From NCBI GenBank assembly GCA_965637545.1, contig OZ281501.1:16616001-16680000 (forward strand): a DNA stretch of 64,000 bases, written 5' to 3'. Source of the DNA: Phallusia mammillata. Its lineage: Eukaryota. Shown here piece after piece: positions 39,601-51,600 of the stretch; positions within the stretch are counted from its first letter, which is position 1; each line of letters starts with the position of its first letter. Below the pieces are notes generated by a model. It saw only the letters and a list, made by a program, of their open reading frames with translations. It made no database searches and was not told the DNA's origin. The position numbers and the translations under genes are program-made.

Positions 39601-42600
39601 TGTTTCGACGTTTCGACGTCTATGCAGGTCGCTTTTATCAGGGTAAATAACACTGAATGGGCGTAGTACAGTGCACGATTAACTAAGGAAACAAAATAAG
39701 AATTGTAAATTTTTGTATGTTACTTTAAGAACTTTTTCACTTACCGCATTCACTTGATGTCGCACAACCGCAAATGAATTCCGACATCTTGTGACACCCG
39801 TCTGTTGGACACGTGGTTTCATTTACGCAATGGGTTCTCTCCATCTCCGGCGGACACTCACAAGCCGCCGTCTTACATATTAAATCGCCTTCAGTATAGT
39901 TGGTGAATACTCGAATTTCTGGTGCAGTGCAGTTTAGTGCCTCCGCTACAGCTGGGTCATACTCGTCCTTGCATACTGTTGAGGAAAGAAAATAGTTTTT
40001 TTAAGATGAGGCGTTACGTTAATTGTCCAGCGTTGTGAGCAGTTTGAACCTACAACTTTACTTCAAACAAGTCGATAAAATAGATCAATTAGTAACCTGG
40101 CAATGCAAAACTAGCATGTGACACGTTTTGGCAATTACCATGTGTGATTAAAAAAAGATATGTACTACAATAAGAGTATTCTTCTAAGATTTGTCAGATT
40201 ACAAGCATCGTATTTTGATTGCAACATTAAACGCATTTCTTTCTGTTCAATGAGTTATATATTACGATTGCATAGTCAAACTTTGAAGTTGATGTTTATA
40301 AACCGTATTTTACACAAACAGACAGACAGACACATCAGCATTAAAGAAACAATAACTTTTCTCTATTGCCAAAATAAAGTAACAATACTTACCACAATGC
40401 TTTGTTTCGCAGCATGCATCGGTATTAGTTGACACAGTTTCCAGTTGAGCGTACGCTGGGCATTCGTCGTATTGACATGGAGTAGGTTTTGATGTAATTT
40501 TGTAACAGACACTTCCGTCAGTTTTTTGCTCTGGATCACAACTAACTGTTGTACAATTCTCTGTCCACGATGTATTGCCAGCCTAAACACATCTCAGGGT
40601 GTTAAATGTTCTCAAAGCTCTTCTTGTCATTAAACAAACTTTGTTTTACACCCAAGCGTATGTTGCCAGTATATAGTTTGCGTATCTTTAGGGATGGGAA
40701 TACACGCAAAAAATAAAAGTAAGGCAAATAACATTGATTAAGTGCCCTTTAGCATAAATAAATTATAATTCGTTTTAAAATTGCAAGAAACAGTCACACG
40801 TTGTAAACGATTAGTACAACTTTTATATAAACTAAGCTTATAAGTATAACGTTTAAAACAAACCTTTAATTCATTGTTGTGGTAGCATCCTATACATTTG
40901 CAACTGTAGGATTCACAGCAAGAACTTGTAGTATCCGTTATCAGTTCCTCGTTAGGTTCACACTTCGGCTTCTCTGGGCATTCTTGATCACACTTGGGCA
41001 CACAGCGACAACAGTTTATGCTAATTTCATAGTTGTCGCAGATGTCAGTGCCCTGAAAAATACATAAAAATGGTTGAAGGGCCTATAGAGTTAGTGCGTT
41101 GACACTACAACATTGATTGACTGTAAAAGGAAGTAATCAGGTTTATTTTTGTGACATAAATGCGGTCTCGAGGACACCTTTATGTGGAGAAACTAACGTT
41201 ATTTTAACCTGGATTAATGGTGGAAAAATTGTTATCAATTTTAAACTAAGTTAAATAAAAGAAATCTCCTTTGAGCGAAACAAAACATTTCGTACCCTAT
41301 TTTCGCATCTAAGACCGTTGATTGGGTCACAAGTCACATTTTCTGGGAGGGTATCATTCGGAGCAAACACTTTTCTGCACTTGATACCACGAACATATGC
41401 AGGGCACATTTCTCCGAGAGACTCCTTTGCAGTGTTTATGTCCTCGATCTCCACTAGGCTAGCCACAGACGGGACATGGTTGCTCACGTACTCTGAAAAT
41501 CCGCAAACTCTTTCCTCTTCTTCCTGGCAACCAGCTGCAAAATGCAAAAAGATGCAAAAAACACGCACATGTGCAAGCAATAAAAGCAACAGTGATTATA
41601 AACCATCTGAAATAATGTCTTTGCTATTGTTTGTTTGTCAAGGAAAGCTTTTGTCATCGAAGAACAACTTAACACAGTGGTTCTTATCCTTTATAGACAA
41701 AATCCTCACGAAACTGTTTAAAACATTTTTGTTCCTCCCAAAACTACATAGATGTAGATACCTAACCATACAAAGATCTATAAAAAAATTCTTTAATCAA
41801 CTTTACTGGTTATATTCCCGGAGCAAAGCTGTCTATTTACAAACCACATGTACAAATTAAAGTAAATTCCTTCTTCCTTTGTGAGGAATTTCCCCCGGTT
41901 TAACAAATTTATTTGAAGCTGGTTTGTAACTTACGGGTAGGAGTAGGGGCCAAAATACAGGGACCACATTCGCCAGGTTGGACACAAGCCTTTTTGTGCT
42001 CGTCATACAGGTATCCGTCCTCACACCTGACAAAAAAAAAACACAGTTTGCATAACAAGGTTCGATGCTCAACTTATAGAAATAGCTTTCGAGTCTTTCT
42101 TTCACTAAACAAGCACAACTTAAATATATGATAAAAATATATTGGAAGTCAGCAAGAAAACGTGTGTGTCCTTTGCCTGTCTGCCGAAACTCTGGTGTCT
42201 TTCCATACTTGTGTTTTGCGTTTTTTACTTTTCGGCGAATACATAGCTTACGCACCAAGTAATCAGTACATAGACTAAGTTAGTAAAGAAGCAATCAACT
42301 GTACATTACACTCTCTGTATTGATTTCTAACTTCCTGTTTTATCAATGTTTGTCTAAAATGGTATTTTAATTGCTACGTTTATGTCCATATCATTGTTAT
42401 TAGAGGAAAATGTTGGCAAGATTTTTGTTCACTTACTCTGGCTGACAGCTTTCCACACAGCCGTCAATACACACAGTTATATCAGCACAGCAGTATTTCG
42501 TACACACTGTACAAGGGTTGTACTTCCATGTGCACTCGCTGGGTTTTGTGTTGTAAGATTCACACATCATTGCTGAAAGTATATAAAGGTTAAGAAATGT

Positions 42601-45600
42601 ATTTGTGCTGGATCTATTATTACAAATAGGGGTACGATGTTATTGTGTTGTAATTCTTGACAGTAAACAACCAGCTTTTTCCATACAGGCCGCTTTTTTA
42701 CATACAGGCTAAAATTGTCCAGACCCTTACTGGCCATAGAAACAGGGTTTAACTTGCTTCGAAAACGTATGCATAACTAAGTTGTTGACCAGTTACTACA
42801 ACTTTGCTTTTTTTCCAAAAATGTAGACATAAGAACTACAAGCTAGTGGTTTTATAGCAAACCAACTTTAAAATTCACCCAAGAACACGCCAGAAACAAT
42901 TTTTGAAATAAGAGGAAAGTTAAACTCACGACACACTGAAGCACTTCGCCACCCGACAGCTATTCCGTGTGCACCACACGCCATCGCGTAATCGGAAATA
43001 CTGGAACAGAAACACTCGCAGTCCCCTCCAGAATCACACGAACATGTTTCATTAGTACATTGGTGAAAATAGGAATCGGCGGCAACCTGTATTGGAAATG
43101 AGGTTTTATAAATAATTGGATCCTTTTCAAGGTCAGCGCGTTCATGAATTACCCGATTTTTTATAGGAAATCTGTATTACGCCCAAAAGTTGTATAATTG
43201 TGTCACAAATAATCCCGAAAGTCCGGCCCGAAGCATACCGTGGTTTTCAAAATAAACCAGACCCGATCCGAAGCATACCGTGGTTTTCAAAATAAACCAG
43301 ACCCGATCCGAAAAGTCGGCGCAATTTTTAACTCTGCTCCAAAGTGAATGTCTGGCTGGATTATTGTAATAATGTTTGCTTCCTATATTATTTATACAAA
43401 CGGCTTACATACAAGTTTGGTTGAATGTTGAAACCACGTAAAGGTAATTACCTTTGCTCTACATTCATCGAAAACTTCAGTGTAAAGAATGTTGCATTTG
43501 TTTATAGCCCACGCCAGCTTGGTGCCACAATCGGCAGGTTCCGGAGCATCAACGTCACCGCATTGCGACGACACTTTCCAACTATTCCCGAAGTCTATAG
43601 GCGAAGTGGGAACGTCGTTGTTCAGCGTGGTAAAGTCGTTCGAGGCATCGCCGTCCAAACTTCCGCACAAACCGCATTTAGGAACAAACTGTCAAAAGTT
43701 GTATCGCATAAGTTGACCCAAATACTACCGGTAAAAACAAGACGATTAGCCTACAGTTTTATAGGCAGGTTTGCCATCGACATGAACCCAAAAATAGAGC
43801 AACTGAAAAGTTAGATTTTCATACGAAACGAAACAAACGTTTTTGAACAAATCTTTGCATTTATACGAACCATCACATATCACATGCGAAATTTTTGACC
43901 AGAAGTAATAAAAACACTTTTTGCATCTCACGACAACTCGTGTCTAGGTTTTTACTTGTAGCAGGGATTTGAATTGTAATTTAAAAAAAAAATAGGACAA
44001 AATAAGGATGAAAGTCAAAAAGAACATTTCGTAGAAATTAGGACAATACATTTTTCTGAGCCACTGCTCTTTAAAATAAGGACAAATCTTAGAAATACGG
44101 ACGGTATGGCAACCCTGTTCATAGGTCTTAAAAATTTATGAAAATAACAACTTGGCAGCAAGCAGGTTTAGGTGATATATTTTTTTGTACAGGAACGAAA
44201 AAGTTTTTTACTTTCTGCAATTCTAAAACAGATCAATGAGATATTGATGAAATTTTGTATAGTACTTATTATTTTACTGTCTTTCAAAATAAAATTTGCT
44301 TTACTCACCGTATTTTCTTTGTTAAAACGGACGTAGACGTTAGTCTTTTTATCCCACAGCACATGGCCCATAGTTTTTTGTTTGTTTCTTAAAATAGCAA
44401 TGATATGTGTCTTTGTCGAAAACACTACAAGGAAAGAGCCAATGAATTCGATATTTAATGCCCGCTCAGGCAAAAGTTGAATGTCGTTGTTTTCAGGGGT
44501 AAGAGTTGTTTCGAATTTCTGTCATAAAACGTTTAAAAAAGTTTAATTTCAAGCTCGAAGCTTTAATAATACAAAACGACACTAAAAATGCAAACCTCAG
44601 TTAAAATGTAGGTAAGTTTAGCTAAATTAGGTTTTAAGTTAGAAAATAACAAACATAGCAACACGATTGCACTAAAAAACAATCCCAAGCCTAAAATAGC
44701 TGCGCAACGTTTAAACATTAAGGAGGGTAGAATTCGTGGCAAAACGCGTTGTTGCTACACCTTATTATGTATAACGGTTGCGCTAAATAAATACGACTTA
44801 CATTATTTTGTGATATCTGGCCTGAAACACACAGCAGCGCGTTTTCAATTCAAATTTTAAATGGTTTTACAACATTCGACAAGGCGCGACGTACCCCGTT
44901 GATAATATGCACAGTTGTGTCACACATAGCTTGGTTAGAGCCCTGGCAATCTCGACTTTTCACTGTGATTCTCCAGAAAAAGTTGGTTCTGGTTGTATCC
45001 ACAATATTCCCACCATTGCAGTTATCAGAGGCCAGTAGGTATTCGCACGGACCACGGAAGTTGAAGCGTTTCCCATCGAAAGATTTTATGTAAGAACCGC
45101 CGACGATACTGCATTCGTCGTGGCACCCGTGACGGTTGATGGACCAGGTTTGGTTCGCCAGACAAGTTCTATTGAAAAATAAAAATAAGTAGCAATTATT
45201 GTTTTCCCTGATAGTTTGAAGGTACAAATTTTAGACTACATTGTAGCCAAATAATCTAACTTTAGATGTTAAATTAAATTGTTATAACTTAGTAATGAAT
45301 AAGTAATGAACCTGTCTATTTCCAACAGGACACGCGATACTATAAATGGTTGTAGCAATGAATTTAAATGCGTATTTTTAACCAGACAAGTGATTTTTAA
45401 AATGGTTGTAGCAATGAATTTAAATGCGTATTTTTAACCAGACAAGTGATTTTTAAAATGGTTGTAGCAATGAATTTAAATGCACATTTTAACCCGAAAA
45501 GTGATATCTAAAATGGTTGTAACAATTAATTTATTTGCGCATTTTTAACCAGACAATCGATGTTTAAAATGGTTGTAGCAATGAATTTAAATGCGCATTT

Positions 45601-48600
45601 TTAACCGGACAAGTAATATTTAAAATGGTTGTTCCTCTATAACCAGATAATAACCCTTACATGACTGCACAACCGTCCATAGCTGTTTGGCCAATGCTGT
45701 AAAATTTCCCATCGTGGTAACAAGGACAGTCCGAAGCTTTCACACACGTATCGTTCAAACGCACAAGCCCTGTCGGACACTCACACCCTGGTGAAAAGCA
45801 AACATATAAATAGCTGTGCAAAGACAATTGCTATTAGTTTCGAGTTTATTTGAGACCAGGTAGGGTAATCTATTATACTTTTGAACTTACAATCGTTTCC
45901 GCAACAATTCATAAAACAGAAGTTCACTTGGAAACAATAATAAAACTCATTTAATACATAAATGTGGTTTTATGCCACGTAAACTATACCAAGAGACTAT
46001 GAGAGTGTTTAAAAATGTCTAAAGCAGTGATCGAAGTGAAAATACTCTCAGTACTCTATGATTAAATTAGTTTAAGATTGACAACCACAACCCGTAGTCA
46101 AACTACAACACACCGGCCTATCGGGTCTTATTATGCTTTATTCAAATATTGTTCTGTACCTGCCACACAATCGGTAATTGGGCAAGTTTGATCGACGAAT
46201 CCACAAACAGCGGAACACTCAATTCCCTTCGAATTCTCTGTGGGACAATTGCGCAGAATCATGGGTTCAGGGCAAGTTATTTCTCCGACTTCCTTGTCTG
46301 TAAAACCAAGACAAATTCGTTAGGTGTTTCTTTAAACAGTAGTTCGTAATTGGGATAAATTCGACTCGCTTTAGGGGTTAATTGTAGTGAGCAGATTTTT
46401 TTGAATGTGCAGATTTAATGAATTGAAAAAACTCGACGGCAAGTTTTTACCTTTTGATTTGGAAGAAAACAGAAAAGTGTTGTGGACCACTTTCCAAAAA
46501 TACTAACAACGTGATTTGCTCGAGTTCAACATAATCAAAATAAAAAGAGCCCTGTACCAAATACCTCAAAAGTGAAAAAAAAATGTTTTGCTCAATGTTT
46601 ACCTTGGGCGAAACATTACCCGACAGCAACCGGTGACAAGTTAAGTCCAAGAGCCTTGTACAAAATCCCCAAACGTTACGAATATTAGGGGTTTGTTCAT
46701 GTATAGATTAACAGGATTAAAGTCTAGTAAATATCTTCGGTCCACTGCTAACAACTTTTCTTCGGTTTACATCTGAGTGCACAATAACGCGTCGAGCTTA
46801 AAAATTCCGTTCGGGGCACGTTTATTTTTTTTACGATGGACTTCATTGCGTTTAGAATAAATAGAACCATTTTTGAATTCTTTACATTGTAATTTCCGGT
46901 TTCAACTCATAAACGGAAGCGCAAAAAATGTTTAAACCTTTTCCTACAAATTTGGAAATGGATTAATGGTGTCATATTTAGTGTTGGATTCTTGAAATTG
47001 GGACATCTTGAAACAATGAGGCTTAGGGAAATTTTATTAATGGACTCCAACGAATCAAACTTTTTTGCAGCACGCTAGTGTTTCATTAGATGTCAAGGTT
47101 TCTGATTTATTAAACTGACGGTGTAATACGGAGCATCGCATATATTTTTACTTTGCGTTTCGGAAAAAGACGCAAATTCTCCAGGTCTTTGTAGGACTCA
47201 ATTAGTTGATTTTATACAAATACTTTTGAATTTGTGTTAGTTGTCAAAATTTGCCTGACACGATTCTGTGGTAAAGGGAGACAGCAAACGCAACTTTACG
47301 TGGATATTTGAAGTGAAGTTGTTACCAGATTCGGCAAATTATCGTCCTCAACAAAATTTTTATAAGGCTTTTTGGCTTAAATTAATATCGTGTTAGTTCA
47401 GTGACACAGTTTCGACAGAGTCAGCGACTTCAATTAACACTTTACTGCCTTTGACCCCAGTGTCGCGAAAACATCAGTTTGCAGGCAATTCACGTTACTC
47501 GATATTCGAATGTATACAAAAGCAACCGCAGTTGTCGGGGCGTAAATCGTCTAAAACGCATCACACGGAAGGCTTGAATTACATTAAACGAGCATTTCGA
47601 TAAAGCCACAGTACTGGAAATGGGCGAATACCTAGTAAGGTTTTTTAACTCACGTTATCAATGTAAGTTGCAACATACTGCTGGCAGATTTAAACCAAGA
47701 AAAAGGGCATGAAACAAAAATTACCTGGTAAAATGTTTTAAGCATCGTGTTCAGCTTTCGCAAAAAATCATTTTGGTTATGCAAATACCCCAAACTACAT
47801 AATAAAGGGCAGGTGGCCATATTGAGAAAGGGCAGGTGGCCATATTGAGAAAAATACCGAATTACTTGTTCGGGCGGGCAGAAGCAGAGAAATTAGTGGT
47901 TGGTTTTGGCGATATTTAGGACGCAAGAATACACGTCAATAAAGGTCAATACGACCAGGCAGCATGCAAATTGATCGTAAACTACCGACACAATAGATAT
48001 CTAACATTAGCATTATAGGAAAAATCGACTAATATTTAACTCGTCAAAACCCCATTTGCTACAAATCTGTTGAAAGAGGCCAAAAGTATACAGAATCAAA
48101 CGAATTTAGCCCCGTCGTTTTTGATAAACCTAAATTTTGTTAGATTGTGTTACTAAACAACAATATGGTAATAACGCGTTGAAGACAAACGTAAGCTAAC
48201 TTGGCTTAGAAAAACTTGTTTTTTAGTTGGTCTTTTGCCCTGTCTATTTATTCAAAAATAATTTAAACCGTGCTTTTGAATTTAGGGCAGTGGGACCAAA
48301 AGTTAGATTTTGAAGTGTGCAAGGAGCGGCAAAAACAATTTTAAAAAAGAATGCAGAATAACAGCAAACAACAAGAATCTAAACAGCCTATTTTTGTCAA
48401 TAACACTTTTCTACGGGAAGTTTTCCGATTCTGACTTATGAGACACGATACATTAAACAATTAGCTTTGTACGTAATTATTCTCGGTAATGGATTGATTG
48501 GGTTGAAATATGAGATATGCTCCAATGTAAACTTTCATAAATTGTAAATTATAAAAAAATCGTTTTTTGGCTATTGTAGCTTTCATGTTAATAGTTTTCT

Positions 48601-51600
48601 GAGGACTGGTGAGAACCGCAAAATAAGTTAGTTAGAATCCACATGAGGCCCTGAAAGGCGCGGTTGAGAATCACTGATTTAGGGTCTAATGGATATGCGC
48701 ACAAGTCTGACCATAATTGTAAGGTGTTTGTTTGTACATAAATCCGTGACTGAGCGTCAGAAAATTCCTATAATCTCGAAAAGGCGAAATGTGTGTACAG
48801 TTGTTTTGGATCAATAGACCAAATTCAAGTGTAAGTGTTGGAAAAGGGATTTGAATCTGAAATTTGATAAGGGCAATGGAAATGCTTCGATGTATTTCGT
48901 CATTGGGCGTTCATAATTTGGGTACACAAGTTATTCAAGCAAATACCTTCGGCAATTTCGGTTTCGATTTTACCCAAATTACCTATCAACCCCCGCAAAT
49001 TTTGTTAGATGTGCCTTTAAAAACATAATCACTCAATTACAGTCATGCTAAGTTACATTTAAAGAACACTTTCGCATGGAAACCAAAAACTAAAATAGCG
49101 CACTACTGTAATGTGTGTAATTGTGCAATAAATGGCTGTAAATTTCAGGTAATACTCTTTCGAGGTGTCGCCAAAGAGTCGCGTTGCTATTTTAAATACG
49201 GCAGGTCGAGAGCAAACTTCATAAGCGGTATCTTCACAGGAGTCAGAAAATATGCCGCAACGGGGCGTACCACGTCACGTGGTTGCTGCGACCAATCAAA
49301 TAGCTCCGCTGGCCGGAAGGCGGAAGGGTGTGCGATGCCGGCGCACGTAGCGGTGGGAACAAAACAGGCGTCATGCACGAGGTGATTGGAAATGCGAGAG
49401 GTGGGTCGACGCAAACGTCAAAAAACCGCACGCACGCAAGGTTTGGAAGAAGACGCCGCAGACACGCAAACACCCAGGTCCTTTACCGGATATTAAAACT
49501 TCCTGCTGCTAGTGCGGGGGCGTATGGAAGATTAATGCGATTTTGTTCAGACCCGTAACGAGCAAGTCAAGTGGCGAACGTGACTTTACGCAGGAATACT
49601 CGTTTGCAAAGATCCAATATCTCTTCTTTTGGTTCCGCTACAGCGAAATCTTCATTACGCGGTCCGCTGTCACGACAACGTTTCGTGGAACTGCATTGGG
49701 GTTTTAAATTTGTGGTTTCTCGTGTTTAAGGTTATACGACACTGTGAATTCTGTTTCAACCTTGCACAAAGAACGCTCTGACATATTGCAGAACTGGTAT
49801 TTGCCCAACGCATTGAGTTTATAACCTACGTCAAGGTTGATTTTCACTGATTTCTAAACTCCCTGTTAAAGTTTGTTTGTGCAAAAACAAATAACATTTT
49901 TTTTAAGTTTGGGATATTTAAGAGATATTAAATTGAGATATTAAATCAACAACCAATCCCCAGAGGGAGTTTTAAAAGTGAATAACTTTTTCAAGACTTA
50001 AAGGTGTTTTGCAAACAGACAAGTGAGTTGAAAACAGTTTAGTGCCCGTGGAAAATACCCATACGCCAGCGGTTGACGTAAAAGGCCTTTTTTGCAATAC
50101 CGTGTCGGCCCTGGGCCAAAAGGTCAACACAGTAGGACAAAAATGCCGGTGCCAAGGAGAAAAAGATTTCTTATAAAACTCCAAGGCTAGAAATAGATGG
50201 GATCGAGTGTTTTGCAACAACAGTCGTGAATAACATGTTTTGTCACCAAAAGGAATGTCCAAAACTTGTTTAATCACGGGATTCCGCAAAGCCTAAACTT
50301 GACAATGGGAAAAAAATGACGAACTTTGTTTCATGTAAAGTTGTAAGTATTTTTTTCTGGGACACAAATCTCCTGTAGATTTTCGTTTTAAGTTTACAAT
50401 GTCGGTTGGTAGGTTTTTCTTATGGTGTTTTAGGGTTTCCTACAAAAGAGTCTCAAAAACAGCTTAAAAATATTCATTTCAAAGCAGAAGATTACGCTAG
50501 TGAGCGCAAGCGTCAAAATTTGACAAATTTTCACCCGACTTACCGTCTTCTCTGTTGCACTCTTGTTTTCCATTCTGACAAACGCTGAAAAACAACTTAC
50601 TATTAATAAGCCTGCCACGAAAGCGATGCAAAAATAAACTGAACAAGTGAAAACAATGCCAATCCTTGCCTTGATGGTAAGGCGTGCACTGGACTGTTGC
50701 TACAATATGCCGAGGTATTGCGCAATGCTTGTCATGCATGTTATTTCAGTTTTCTTTTCGCCGGCTTAAGTAAAGTGTTATCGAAAGTGCAGACCATCAA
50801 CAAAATTACTAAAACGGGACGGAATTTTTGCTGTACCATGAAACCCTAGGAAAAGGGTTTGTTATGGCCCCTGCGGTTATCCATTCGTCTTCTACGTAGC
50901 ACTTGCATTCCTCGATATTTACACACTTTTCTTCGTCGTTCAGATACTGACCTGCATTTCAACGAAATTACGTTGTGTGTTACTGCAATTACTTGAAAAT
51001 AAAAAAACAACAACATTGTACTTCAACATATATGTGTCAACCAATCAGCCAAAATTCTTTTAAATTTGACTTTTGTGAGTGGCTGACAAATCAAGTTAAC
51101 GACTGAAGAAAACAAAACGTTATTTCCTTTTGCTTGCTACATCAAAAAACAAACGCCTTATTTTGCTTTCTCTATTTTGCAGAACCAAAGATATCTTACC
51201 ATCGGGGCAGCCGCATCCTTCCACACGATTAGTCGTCAAGCAAACCTCGGATTCCATCAACGATCGACAAGTTCTTTGACAAAACGTTGTACTGGACAAA
51301 TAAACTTGAGTTTCTGGGCATGTGTGCTCTGTATCAAAAGGTGGTCGTCACCAAAAGCTGAACAAGACTTGTCAAAAAGCAATCAGTTGCGACAAAATAC
51401 GTAAAGTTTGCTTAAACGATTTTTCCGTTTTCGCTTTATCGCAAGACTAATCTGAATCAGAAAAAAAGTTCCGAAGATATTTGTGTGGTTAACTGACAAA
51501 TTACTGGAAAGCACTATATTACCTTCACAAAAACAAAACAAACAAACAATCACCGCAAAAGTCAGATCTTCTCCAGTTGACCTCAATATTTTTTTCAAGA

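Noticed and set aside
43755-43802. Candidate extra exon [16 protein letters not shown] in VWD3
   Set aside because: It has plausible splice sites, but the flanking exons already join into the canonical [15 protein letters not shown] without it.
46650-47700. Possible decayed hAT transposase on the - strand (FPNL..FALPF..KKNKR-like fragments)
   Set aside because: It has many stops and frameshifts and only a faint resemblance to the hAT dimerisation motif. It cannot be supported without BLASTX or HMM searches.
49560-49692. Candidate - strand exon ([11 protein letters not shown]..) in the long intron
   Set aside because: The 41-nt exon 50584-50544 supplies the expected [10 protein letters not shown] and the correct phase. 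This segment has no domain match and only a weak donor.
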